Shown here: piece by piece, positions 10,765-23,689 of the stretch
Numbering within the stretch: position 1 is the first letter of the stretch
Layout: each line of letters starts with the position of its first letter
NCBI RefSeq assembly: GCF_964204645.1
Contig: NC_134028.1
Location: 14,701,653 to 14,765,652, forward strand
Length of the DNA stretch: 64,000 nucleotides
Source: Tubulanus polymorphus
Lineage: Eukaryota; Animalia; Nemertea
Direction: 5' to 3'
Translations under genes and position numbers: made by a program
The notes under the pieces: generated by a model
Told to the model about the DNA's origin: nothing
Databases searched by the model: none
Seen by the model: the letters and a program-made list of their open reading frames with translations, nothing else

Positions 10765-12590
10765 AATCTACCAACGATGGGTTTTATGTTGTATTGCATA
10801 GCTTTTCAACATTTGGTCTTTTTTATCCACGCCGCCCATCTGTTTGTTACAGTGGATAACAGTTGGCTTGACTATCGGTTCATTATCTTTAGTTTTCTTT
10901 CCTGTATCTTGAACCGACTCGTCATGATAGTTTGAGATCATATTCACATTATTTTCTGTCTCGCCAACATACAACAAGTTTATCAGAAGACCTGTGTGTT
11001 ACTTCCCCTTTAGCTAATGGGGACCCATCATGGTGAACATCCAGGTTGGTAGAAATGTCTTTAAGATTCGTCTGAACTGTACCGCAAGCAAGTTTTCTTG
11101 TCGTACAGAGCAGTAAACCATGTTGGGCTTGAATACCAATTGTCCGTTGTTAGGATGTATCCCTGATCTAGGTCCATAACTACTTTGTATGATACTCCGT
11201 GTTCAAGTGCAATTGGTTTGTAACGATCCTGCCCAGTGTAAATCTGATATTTCCAGGTGTAGCCGATACAAAGTTAATAGGATTTCACACCAAATCTCGA
11301 GCGTTTCTTGGGATAATACTCTTTCAAAGTTAGTCTACATCTGTGTAGAAGTGGCGCTGCATCAATACTTACACACTGCTCGGGAGTAAAGTTAGATGAG
11401 AACTTAGATGTAATACTCATAAAAAAGGCCTAATTTTCCAAATATGGTTGTCTGCTGGTCTCGGGATCTCATTATTTTTTAAATGGATCGATGATACAAG
11501 TTGTTAATATCTTTTTCTAGACATAATGCTTGGAAAAAATGGGGTTTCTAACGTGGTATCCTTTGACCAGTAGAGTGGTGAATCCGGTTTCTTCACTAAA
11601 CCAATTGTTATACACAAAGCAAAGTACCACTAAATTATGGCAGAATCGACATCAGTCCATGAATACATCCACACGAGAAGATGCTGTGGGTCTGCCTCAT
11701 TTTTTTTACCGTTACCATAACGATTGGTTTCTCAAACAATCAAAGAAATGATGTGATCAGTCAAATACAGTTTCAATTAATCCAGTTCAGTAGAGTCTGC
11801 ATTCATTCTACGTCTTATCCCAGGCTGATCTGTGAAAGGAAATGAATGAGTTTGCTTGGTAGTATTTAGCCACTGGATACCAGGTTGAGCAGTTTGTCCA
11901 TGTCCATGTCTTTGGTGTCTACAATGCCCAGCACATCCTCATAGTCCACCGCCACGACCCCGATTTCCATGAACACGTCCTCCTTATCCCCGACCACAAC
12001 CTCATTGTCCACGGCCACATTCCCTTCCTCTACAAAAAACAGGTGGCACACCATCGCCCTCGTCATCATCATCATCTTCAGGCACTAGAAAACACAAAAA
12101 TTAGGCCATTTTTATTATTATGAAACAAAGCTGGGTCGATAGAACTGAACCAAAAAAAATACGTCCAACTACGGGCCTCTACAAGCCTACGGGCCTAACT
12201 AGATTATTTACACAAAGGTAGGCTTATTTTCAAAGAGTATAGGCCTACCCTAACGAAACACTTGAGATATGGTGTGACTATCCTATTTATTTTACTAGAC
12301 TTTAAACAGAAAGGCCTTTCAAAATTATCCTTTACTAATCTATACTAATAATCTTTATTTATAAAACAATAATCACCTGCTGGCTGCTCACCATCACTGT
12401 TATTATCGTCATGGTCATCCGAATTATTTTTGGCGTTGCTATGGTCACTGACACTGTCAACATCATCACCCTCAAAATCCAAATTACTAACCGACGCTTC
12501 ATCACTCGACTATCCGAATGTGTCATCCTGATCAAAAATACCAACGACTTGGTCTAACCTTAGTTGCTTTGTTTTTGTGGCATTTTCCAT
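10765..12590 (-). pseudogene. Degraded piggyBac (PGBD-type) transposase with an intron at about 12085-12376
   Basis: MENATKTKQLRLDQVVGIF plus acidic N-terminus; RG-rich segment; YYPKKRSRFGVKSY, LDQGYILTTDNWYSSP, QMGGVDKKDQML..KTHRW; many stops. Confidence 0.85.
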
Positions 12591-14645
12591 AGCGCTGTAT
12601 TACACATCAGTGATTTTCATAGCGTAAATTTTACGTAAAAACGTAAATATTTTTCAAAAAAACACTTAGCGACCTTGAAATTAAGTTTATATCTGTACTA
12701 CCGATAAAGTTCTGTCAATATCTGCCAGGTGGAGACACTTTCAAGTGATATTTATTTAGCTCCAGACTATTTCGGGAGCAGCCACCATAGACTACCGCCC
12801 CCCTCGCTCTTTGAAGAGACAGGGAACCAGTCTTCAATTCAGAATTTATTTAACAGACTAGAAAGAATCTTTTATGTGGTTGGGTTAGAAACAGTTTCAA
12901 TCGAAGACAATCAGTGACAGTTACGAATAACACCATCAAAACTCGACAATTTAACACCAGACCACTGCCACACGAGAACGAAACTTGTACGGGTAGGGTC
13001 TGAAACACGGCCCCGGCCGCGGCCACACGTCTGAAACACGATCTCGGCCGCACATGTCTTAAACACGGCTGGCCCCATTTACGATGATGCAGTATTTAAG
13101 TATATCATTTTATACTAATACTATTGCAAGTAAATGAATCGGTTAGAGTTCTATTTGAATTTACTTTGCTCTGTTTGGTGAATCTTAAGACAACTTGCCA
13201 TCATGATCTTACGGAAACTGAACACTGTGCTCTAATGAAAAAGCTTGACTCCAACAAGCAAGAACACGGAAAGTAAAGCTAGGGATAAGTTGATTTTTGT
13301 ATGTGTGACAGAGTGCATGGAAGTGTGAATGAACCTTTTTCTTCTATGTAACATTTCTTTTTTTGGGTGGTATATCCTACAAGCTATGCTTTTTTTTATC
13401 TTCCCCTCTGATCAATTATGGCAACGTATATGTGTAAAAACATCAGGTTTATAAATTGTATATTATTTATTATAAATTGGTATAAATTTCAGAAAATAAA
13501 CGCAAACAATTATATTGTTCGTTTTACCCCACTAGTAGATACATAATATTCAATAAAAAAGGAACTAAATGAACTAAATATCTCAGTTTCCCCAAAGTAA
13601 ATTAGCAGATGAGCTTTTCGGGTATTGTATAGGTGTTGGCAAAAAATAATGCACAACGTACACAAAGTAAACACTACTATTTAGTTTTAGATCTTTAGTT
13701 TATAGGTCTTAGGTTATATGTTATACTTAACCCAAGAACGAAAAAACCTGAGGCCCCTGAAATATTGAGCTGCTTCTTCGTGCGGTCTGTCAACTACTAT
13801 GATCTTAACATAAATACTGCATATATGCTTAAGAAATTGAAAACTTTATGAAAGGTGCCTGTAAATTTCGTGGAACTTTTAATGCAATACGGGATATCGA
13901 CAAATTCAAGTTCTTGAATTACTCGTTCGATGGCGCTAGTCAGAAAAGGAAATTGGAATCTAAATCCGCCATGCTCTAGTTCATTTGCGATGAAAATCTC
14001 TCTCTTCAAGTTTTCAATGAGCGATATTTTACTTACTATATATCGTCACGCATAATCCTTTAAAAATGTTATCCTACCGCTACGTTGGATATGATAAAAC
14101 TTCACTGCAAAGGCTAGAAATCACAACTAATGTCCTAAAATTATCAAAAAACATTTTGCAACTGCTGACGATGTAAAGACTGGTTGCCAGGTATCACATG
14201 GTGGCAGCACTTGACGGCCCAATTTTGATTGTTGGTTCGAGTCCTGGTACCGTATTTTCCGACACTTTCGATATCGTTTTAAACAGACGATGTTTAGAGT
14301 TCAAGGTCGCCATAATGAAATGGAATATTAATTTATGTTAGGCTACACTCATATACCAATTAGAATTTAGGACGTTGATAAAAATAATTTCTTATAGTTT
14401 CGAAATGTTTCAAAATTAACTAATGTTGAAAATCAAAAGAGAAAGAAAACCGCGTATATTCATTGTACAGTGTTTATATAAGCCGCGCTGCTGTGGCAGC
14501 GTGCCAATAATCAATACACAGCAGTCTAGTACTAGACTACAGGTGCGCAGCATTCAAAGTATACACTATACATTCAACACTTGGATACAAACAATGAGCA
14601 CTAATCCGGTAATTTAATATTAGAAACAACAGATCCCAATGATTT

Positions 14646-16893
14646 AAATATAGCTGCAAAGCAGCAATAACGGGTTTTCTACACAGTCTTAGAATCCTGT
14701 TCAACGGTGGATTTCGACAAAGCATTTGATAAGGCACAACATCAGCCATTACTAAACAGGCTATTAGGAAACAGTATCAGTGATAGGTCGCCCAAATGGC
14801 TCAGCAGTTATCTCTGAACGAAAAATTGTAGCCGAAATCAACGGAACGCCTCATCTTGGAACAAGTCAGTCTAACTAGTGGAGTCACGCAAGGTAGTATC
14901 CAAAGTGGTCTTCTGTTTAATGTCCTGACAAATGACATACACAGTAATCCAAAAACCAGACCGAGTAAATTTCCAAAAAACGAACTTAACACGCTGTTCG
15001 ACCAAAAAACTTAATGTTCCGACAAGAAAATCTTGTTCAAGTAAAAACAATTCAGTTTGATCGAACAATACGCTTTTTGTTTGAATCAAAACTTACTTCA
15101 TTCTGACAAAAACATGTGATCGAATGAAAAGCTATGTTATTGTTGAAATGAAAAACATTTTGTCCCGTCAAAAATATTCGGTTGAGCGAAAACAATTTTT
15201 TCGAACGAATGTTTGAATGAAAACAATTCTGTTTGATTGAATGAAATACTTAATACTTTTGGTTCGGAGAAAAAACTTTTTACAATATGCTTGTTTGAAT
15301 AAAAAACTTACGGTTGGTTATGACTCCTTGTGACTGGCTTTGCTGAAAGTCGCAACCCGTCGCAAGGGAGCGTAGGTCGATGAGTCGTTGCGACACAATT
15401 GTCGCTGGCGGTCGCAGTGATTGGCGTCGCAGTGAGTCACAAGCCGTCGCAAGGCCGACCTACGCCCTGCTTAAGTCATTAGGAATTAATGAAATACCAG
15501 TTTCATTTATGATGAAAAAACTCAAATGAAAAGTCTGGCTTATAAAGCTGTCTGCTGAGACGAAATTTTCAAAAAAATCTTCATTTTTGGCAATAAAATT
15601 GTTAATTGTGATTGATCGTTGCAAGTCACAACCAGTTAATCACTTATTAACATGCATTTTAATAAATCTGATTCCTCCTTTACAGTGAACTTAGCTTTAA
15701 CCTAGTAGAGGCTACTAGCCTATGTAGGCCTATGTATATGCGTAGGCCTAACATCCGGACAGATTGGTCGTAGGCCTATTGAATAACAACCCACCTAAAT
15801 ATCGTAAATTTAGTTTTGAAGTTCAATCCAATGAGTCCGTTAATAAACGCAACAATTATACTGTGTTTGTTTGAGACCGTAAAGCTCAGTACCGGTAGGC
15901 CTTAAGCCGCGTAAAACTCGATAAACACTTCAAGCAACACAGCGAACGATCTCCTTTCCCCCACAGCGAACGCTTACTCCGAATGTCAAGTGTGAGTCCA
16001 GCATACGGATAGGAGTGTGTTATATACTTGTATTTAGTAAATACCTTGTGCATTTGACAATGATCTGTATGTACTGTAGGAAATATAGAATATTGATGGT
16101 ATTGATATAGAGGTTGAAGCCCGCGGCCGAATAAAGTAATATATTCTTTTATTTTGATACCTTGTCGACATAACAGCTTTTCTCCGCTATTTCTCTTCGG
16201 CGTGTTTACTTTAGGCCTACGACTCCCCGGTACACTTATGATTTACCTTAGTAAATACACGGTTAATTTGGTAAAGAAAAATAGGTATTGCTAAATTAAC
16301 TGCTTGAGGCCCGCAGCCAAATCACTGGTAGTAATGAATTAATTTGTACTCGATTTGATTCTCAGCCCCTGAACGACGATGTAGTGACACACGTCGATTT
16401 GTCGATGTTTATGGCTCGACAGTGCTTTTAAAATCTAAAGTAGTAAATTTCCTGTGTATCAGTAATATAATTTGATGAGGAAAATGGGTTATTGTTAAAA
16501 TTAGTTATTAAAAACCGCGACAGAATGTGCAATCTTTCGGTAATAAATTTGTTAATTTATGCTTGAATTGATAATCGATGTGACAAGAAACGTGCGGTAG
16601 ATTTCGGAAAGACAACTTAGAAAAACATGTCGGCTCTTTGAATGGGGCTCAATTTTCGATGTTCACGACCCGACAGTGCTTTTGTAACGTTGATTCTTCA
16701 AAATTCGCACGGAGTATTTGTAGATCGAAGTGAGCTGAATAATATCAGACGGATTGTATCGGCAACAGCGGTAATGTAAAAAAGCCTATGTACTTTTGAC
16801 AAAAAATGTGTGGAAAAAAATAATAATAATAATAATAATAAGAAACACGCGAATCTCAATAGGGTTTTCTGTGATGTAACAGAAAACCCTAAT
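14646..16893 (-). mobile_element. Helentron-type non-autonomous element (HINE/DINE-like), family 1 copy A
   Basis: 5' TATTAGGGTTTTCTGTTACATCACAGAAAACCCTA palindrome plus (TTA)n; 3' subTIR GAAAACCC, hairpin GCTGCTTTGCAGC, then TATATTT; no TSD; inverted homologue at 27573-31319. Confidence 0.85.
14705..14940 (+). pseudogene. CR1/L2-type LINE reverse transcriptase fragment inside HINE family 1 (second copy about 31020-31260, minus strand)
   Basis: VDFDKAFDKAQHQPLLNRL..KWLSSYL..AEING..SGVTQGSIQSGLLFNVLTNDI, compared with the RT pattern [29 protein letters not shown]. Confidence 0.8.
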
Positions 16894-17993
16894 AATGCAA
16901 ACAGTGGTAAAGACTCTCAACTACTATGAGAATGACATCGGCGCTGTTTTCAATGTGACATATGTAAACACATGAAGAAGCGACTCGACTTATACACCGA
17001 CTATAGCCCTAGCACAACTTTTTAAACTGAAAATTTTCGAATTCAACACATTGTCAGGATATCATACTCAAAGGATTATGCGTTGCCGTTGTATAGTAAG
17101 TAAAATATCGCTAACTAAAAATTTCAATTTCCGGTTCTGACTAGGGCCATCAAACGAGTAATTCAAGAACTTGAATTTGTCGATATCCCATATACCACGG
17201 AGTGTTATCTTAGGGGTTTCCTGGTTGAACAAAATCATATCAATGAGACTGTCATCTGATTCTCCATCAACATTTTTTCCATGGGCAGATTTAGGGGTGG
17301 TCTCAGGGCCCAGATTCCTGCCTTCCCACTGGGATTATAGCCACTACGTAAAAAACTCCCACTAACAAACTGTATTATTTCATCAAAATTTATTCAAATC
17401 TAGCTCGCAAATCAAGCAGCAATTAGATAATCGGTTGGCCAATGACAGAGTCGATTGAAGCGTAACCGTTCAAAACTGAAATAGTCTAAATTTGAACCTT
17501 TGATAAGACTAAGAAAATCTCTCTCCTTTTTTAATATTCTTTTTTCCTTTCATTTGACCATTTAAACAAAAAAAGTGGCCGCAGCCGTGTTTAAGACGTG
17601 TGCGGCCGGGACCGGGACAGGGGCCGTGATTCAGACCCTACTACTAGTACGCCAATCAGAGGCCACAGTCTACATTCTGCACAGAGGCAGGATCGTAGCG
17701 AACAAGCAGCATCCATTTGTGTGTTCGATTTCAACTATATACTACACAATGTTGGTCCACCAGTACGGTGTTTTTTAACCCAAATTAGTATTGTTTACTA
17801 TTCTTCTGGATGTCAATACAAACGTTTTTTTCGTCACATATGCTCACATAATTAAACGTACCGCGATTTTACATGAATTGGCTCAATGCCAATTTCATAT
17901 CGCTGACAAAGGTAAACCAAAAAGCCTAAGATGTACCCCTTGATTGAATTCAGAAGTTTTCATGAAAATCTGTCTATTGATACGATCTCCATC

Positions 17994-18827
17994 GGTCGTA
18001 GGTAAAATTCCCTAGGTAAAAATCCCCAAATATTGGAAGTAGGTAAAAATTCCCACTTGGTGATTTTCAAGAACATTTCAAAGCAAAATGTGTGGTAGAC
18101 CACATGGGGTTTTGATAGATGTAAGCTCTATGTATATTCGGCCAATAGAAATCCTGTAACTCTGCATGCTATATCCTCCCCTTTTTATGCTGAATAAAGC
18201 AGTTATCTGTAGTCAGTCTAAGAATCGGGTTGATGTTTTCTTTCTCCGCAAATGTGAGTGTCCACAAAATGTTTCTCCAATTTTGTTCATTTGCAATGAG
18301 ATTGAAATGTGTTTGAACTGCGCAATGGAATCTTTTGTTGGGATAAATTCTTTAAATAAACTGTTAGAATAAAATTAATTGTTAGAATTAATAAGAATAA
18401 TGAACTTTTTATTTGAAATATCTTAACATTCGAACTGGAATATTTTTGAGCTGTGAACTCTAGTTGACTTCATGAATTATAAGTAATAGTGAACTTATAA
18501 ATGTAGATATTTTAGATTCAAGCTAGTGTAATATATTTGAAAAGTGCAATGAACCCTTTCATTAAGCTGTGCGATAACTTTAAGTACTAATTAAGTATTA
18601 ACGAACAGTAAATTTGTAGTATGTTTTAATTCAAATAGTATATACTATAGTTTGTATACTCATGATATCCTTATGATGTTCCACAAAAATAAATTGGATA
18701 TATATACATCAATAATATTAATTAATTGACCAAATGATTGTATCTACTTACACTACATTCAGGAGGGGGATTTTTACCTACTTTGGAGAATTGGCGATTT
18801 TTACCAAGATAATTTTTTACGCTAACC
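17994..18827. mobile_element. MITE with 8 bp TSD and GGT...ACC termini (Merlin- or Mutator-like)
   Basis: TCTCCATC at 17986-17993 and 18828-18835; repeated GGTAAAAAT motifs at the left are inverted at the right. Confidence 0.8.
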
Positions 18828-19644
18828 TCTCCATCACACAGACACAACTGCATGGTCATTCATCATGAATATACTTGATAGCGGATTTTCACCACTGACT
18901 CAAATAGACACTCTCCATGTTCATGGTGTGACGATTTCTATACACTGTGTACGAAGTTGGTTAGACAACTTATTTTCATAAATCGAACGATTTCCAAGAT
19001 TCACACCCCCTCTATCCCAATTTTACAGCCCTTCTATAAAATTCACTGCTTTTCATGGCTCTGGCAGTTGAATCATTTGAAGTTACCAAGAAAACTTTAA
19101 CTGGGCCACACAAGGTGTTTTTCATATACATGCACAGATCAATACACCACATTGCAGCGAGTATGTGTCACGCACATGTGTGAAGCATGAATATAGGTAA
19201 AGGCCATCTGTACTTGCGAAAAGAAATGCAGTTCCAACAAGAGGCCCATGGGCCTTGAAGCATTGGTAGATTATACTGTGGTAAGGTATTAAGTGGTTAA
19301 TGCTTTACATCTGCTGGAAAATGTTCTATGACGATGTGGATTGGAAGGACCACAGACATAAGAATTGAATGTATTTCATTTTTTCTGCCGAACGAATTAG
19401 CCTTCGCTATTTGTATTGTTACACCTCATTCATGCAATTTTGTTAAAGACGAAACTAGTTCATTCTGATGTCCCAGCCGAGAGATTTATATCAATCAGTA
19501 TTTCTATACAAAAACCTGTCTAATAAAACAATTTCGTCACTTTCGCCTACACAAGATTCGTATTCAATGTACAACTGTAAGGTTAATCTCGACTGACTGT
19601 GGTTTTTCTAACATGAACTGTTAGTCCCTATTGCTGAATAATGA

Positions 19645-20545
19645 AAACAACTAGAATGTCGCTGAAGACTACTGATGTCCCCACATCAGGTGAAACACCT
19701 AAGTATAAAATACACCCCCGAGTGTATGTCGACCTATTTCTGAAGGCAGGAAATGAAAATACAAAACGGCTTCCAGTGACCTTGACCTTTGACCTACAGG
19801 ACTCAAAATCTAATCAGTCACTCACTAGGGTAACCCATTTATTAAATTTCACAAAGTTATCTTATACCGTTTATGAAAAAAGAGCATGGAAATGCAAAAT
19901 ACAAAACAGCTCCTATCGAACTTGACCTTTGACCTACAGGACCTGAAATGTAATCAGTTCTCGAGGTCTCGAGGATAACCCATCCAAAAATTGTCACCTA
20001 TTCATCTCAAACCATCTACAAGATAGAGCCCGGATAAGAAAAATACATAACAGCTTCTAGTGACCTTGACCTTTGACCAACACTACCTGAAATCTAACCA
20101 GTTATCCACGGTCCCTAGGATAACCCATCCATAGAATTTCGGTAAGTTATCTTAAACCGTTTATGAGTTAGAGCCTGGAAATGATATTCACAAAATGGCT
20201 TCCTGCGACCTAGACCATGGACCTACAGGACCCAAAATCTAATCAGTTAACCATGGTCTCTAGTACAACCCATCCATAGAATTTCAGTAAGTTATTTTAT
20301 ACCGTTTATGAGTTAGAACCCGGAAATGAAATTCACAAAATGGCTTCCTGCGACCTTGACCTTGGATGTAGAGGACCCAAAATCTAATCAGTTACTAACC
20401 TCATTTAGTACAAGACAACTCTTGAATTGGAAGAATATCTGTCGAAGGGTGTATCTGCTCGGGCACGGAAACCACTGCAGACAGACGGACGGACGACGAA
20501 GTGAATACAGTATGCCCCATGATGCTTTGTGGGGGCATAAAAACA
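19645..20545 (-). mobile_element. HINE-like element family 3 with internal ~140-146 bp tandem array
   Basis: About five units containing GACCTTGACCTTTGACC; (GACG/GACA)n microsatellite and ATGCCCC..GGGGCAT palindrome at 20480-20545; AACTAGAATGTCGC end at 19650. Confidence 0.75.
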
Positions 20546-20674
20546 GAACGATTTTTCTGAATGCAAATACTCTCGATGCATAAGAGGTAGATTACCCGGA
20601 CAAACGTACGCACAAAAACGTCGCACAGTGAGCTATGCCGGCGTTGGTGTCACTAGTGAGGCAGGCTGATGATT

Positions 20675-20879
20675 GCTTGTTTGTCTTTTTGTTTGTTAAC
20701 GTCGTTCGGACTTTGGTTTTTAACCCTATTTGATTGTTCATTTAACCTCTCTACGGGACGGCCTTTGAAGTGTTTCCCACACACTGTAGGCAGTCAGCAG
20801 GACTCGAACACCACTTGACACTAAGCACTGATAGTGGATGCAACAGCATCACACCTTATCTCACTGAGCTACCGAGGCC
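20675..20879 (-). mobile_element. tRNA-derived SINE
   Basis: Minus strand GGCCTCGGTAGCTCAGTGAG (A box) ... GTTCGAGTCC (B box), a body and an (AAAC)n-like tail. Confidence 0.7.
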
Positions 20880-22184
20880 GCTCGATTCAATTCCCAAAAA
20901 CAACAGAAGCGGCAAATAACCATCGCGATATTGCAATTTACAACAAACAACGTGTAAATTCAATCACTGTTGTTCAATGCATGGAAAAAAAGTTAATTTT
21001 CCCAGTGCGCACTACAAAGCAAATCGATCTGCCGAGTGCGTAAGGGGCTGCTACCGCCTCGTGAATGCGCAGGAGGGCAGGGCATCTTAAACTGAAAACT
21101 TATAGTAGAATATAGCCAACTGTCAGTCAACTGATTGATGACATGGTTGTTCTCGGCGTACTTGACAATATTTTCCGCTGATAAACAACTCTGGTAAAAT
21201 TGAATAAAATGATCTATCTTTATTGGTGATATTGTATCATGGTGGTAGCCTACCGTTTACTGTTTGATGTTTCGTGTCATCATGAAATGGTTTTAACTTA
21301 AGCAAAGGCGTTCCCGCACGTTCACATAACTTACCTATACGGGTTTCAGTCACGACTACGCCTGTCGTACCACTGCTTTAGAAATACGTATTGTGATGCT
21401 GAGAATTAATCCTAATTAATCCCGTGGGTACTGATAGTTGGAATAACAGTGATATTCAAACGCTATGATATTCATAAATAGGAGGTACATAATTTTATGT
21501 TTTTCTATTCAGAAGAGGCCTTTCCCTATTCTTTTCCGCCAATGTCAATGCGAACATATCACTACGCGATTGCCCAACCCCTCTCATCCACCAGACTAAC
21601 AAGAAAAATGCGATAGAATAACTTTTTGGGCCATTAAATCAGAAATCTGGCGACGCTATCTTGAAGGGAATAATTTAAAAATTATTTTGAGTCATTTTCA
21701 GCTGTGTCTTATGTTTTACGAGAAAGGAGTTACAATTTGAAGTGACTTTGAAAATGAGAAGAAGAGATGGCGTTTTTTTACTACAACTTTCGATCCATTT
21801 TACTAGCATTGGCATGACGTCATAGACATCAACCAATGCTAATGAGGGATTAATTGGACTGAGGCTGTAGACTGTAGTGGGAACAGGCTCCAAAATGGCT
21901 ATTTTACACACCAAAATGACTGTGGAGGTAATCTTCGAGATGCATGTAATATAAATTGGGTTTTTTCACCTACCACCTAAGACATACCACGACACACAAC
22001 AATCAATCAACAAGAGATCCACGGATCTTTATATCTCGGGCGCAGAATGTTATCTTTGTAATGTATAGGCACCATCTGATTGATGCATCTTTAAGGTTTT
22101 CCTTGAACACTTCATGGATGTGTAAAATCTGCTGATTTCGGTGAACAACATCATCGAAATCTAATTAGCAATCATCACGGCAAT

Positions 22185-22870
22185 ACGGGATATCGACAAA
22201 TTCAAGTTCTTGAATTAATTGTTTGATGGCGCTGGTCAGAACCGGAAATTGGAACCTAAATCCGCCATGCTCCAGTTCATTTGCAATGAAAATCTCTCGC
22301 TTCAAGTTTTCAATCAGTGATATTACTTACTATATATCGTCACACGTAATCCTTGAAATATGTTATCCTACCGCTACGTTGGATATGATAAAACCTCACT
22401 GCAAAGGCTAGAAATCACTATAAGTGTCCTAAAATTATCAAAAAACATTTTGCGACGGCTGAAGCTGTAAAGACTGGTTGCCAGGTATCACATGGTCGCA
22501 GCACTTGACGACCCAATTTTGATTGCTGGTTCGAGTCGTGGTACTTTTCATATTTTTATTATGAATCTACGAGTGTAGTCCTTCAAAAATCAATTCTATT
22601 TCATAATATTATTTCATATTTATCAGTGTAGCCTGCAAAAAATTCATCTTAGAGTCTTGAACTCAACAACAAAGTGATGACACCCGGCACCAGTCATAAC
22701 TTCCATTAGCTGCTTTGAGCGTCATCGCTAAATTTGTGGTTTTTGGCATTTTGACATTTCTAGTGATCTTTAGCGTTCAAAGTGAGGTTTTATCGAATTC
22801 AACACATTGTCAGGATATCATACTTAAAGAATTATGCGTGCCGTTGTATAGTAAGTAAAACATCGCTTAC
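22185..22870. mobile_element. Second copy of the foldback element, right arm truncated
   Basis: 22185-22543 matches 13888-14249 directly; 22675-22870 is its diverged inverted arm. Confidence 0.75.
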
Positions 22871-22884
22871 TATAAACTTGAAGT

Positions 22885-23415
22885 GAGACGAGGTTTGGGC
22901 CTATTCGATTGTGCGGGCATAATCTTCCATGAAGTAGCGTATCGATTGAATCTTCGGTTATTTGCATAATGAAATAGATATGGGGAGACGGAGTCGATAC
23001 TACGGTTATCAAATTAAAAATAAACATATAAGACTCTCCCATGACTGGGAAATGAGAAACTAGAACTGAGCAGATTAATAGATGAGAAGATTAAAAGACC
23101 GGTTTGTCTGCGTCAATCGAATATCCCCTTACATTGATTGACAGAGGGAGCTCAGCCAACCGCAGGGAGCAGTTATTTTACTTCAATGTAACGTTGTGCA
23201 TCGGCCTTCTAGCCGTTTTATGAAACAAAATGCTCCTTGAAATTTCTTTAAAAATCGCCATAAATTCGTCGATTTCTCTTAAATGTACGCGATATTCAAA
23301 ATTCCATTTCCAACAGATTTTAGCCACATGATCAAGCTACATTTTGCGCATGAACATTGTAGATTGTATGACTTCGTGTCAAAGTTATAACCTCGATTTT
23401 TGTGACCCATTACAA
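22885..23415 (+). repeat. Dispersed repeat, direct homologue at about 45655-46165
   Basis: Shared blocks GTAGCGTATCGATTGAATCT, GGTTTGTCTGCGTC, TTTTATGAAACAAAATGCTC, AAGCTACATTTTGC. Confidence 0.75.
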
Positions 23416-23689
23416 CATCTCGGGCTACAAGTACATGGCAAAACCATGTCACAAAAGGCAAAAGAACAAATTTCTAGTGGCTATTTGTCTATAGTTGAAG
23501 GAGCATGAAATAAGCCACACAGAGACTTTTAAGAAACTTTTTTCTTTGCACTGTGTGGTCAGCCACACATACTGCTTTAGCCATATAATGTACAAATGGG
23601 CTGATGGCCAGCCACACAATTTCAAGTCTGTGAGAACAAATGAATGGACAGACGATGAAGTGAACTCGATAGCCTGCTGGAAGTCCAAA

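Larger units (their letters stand above)
14250..17035. mobile_element. Tc1/mariner-type MITE (CCGTATTTTC end) split by HINE copy A
   Basis: TA|CCGTATTTTCCG at 14250; 14400-14645 and 16893-17035 are the reverse complement of contiguous 34815-35200. Confidence 0.75.
13888..17192. mobile_element. Long-TIR (foldback) non-autonomous element hosting nested insertions
   Basis: TACGGGATATCGACAAATTCAAGTTCTTGAATTACTCG at 13888 is inverted at 17154-17192; further copies at 22185-22870 and about 54845-54915. Confidence 0.75.

Noticed and set aside
14960-15310. Short-period TTCG/CGAAC-rich repeats (also 29160-29585) as a possible CRISPR-like array
   Set aside because: Degenerate units with no constant repeat and unique spacer pattern, no cas genes, eukaryotic context, and they lie inside a repeated HINE
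12960-17650. Inverted GC-rich repeats at about 12960-13076 and 17575-17650 as an outer TIR pair
   Set aside because: The apparent termini face inward and no TSD was found; more likely two separate fragments of one family
20790-20879. Functional tRNA gene
   Set aside because: No clean cloverleaf, and it continues into a SINE-like body and tail
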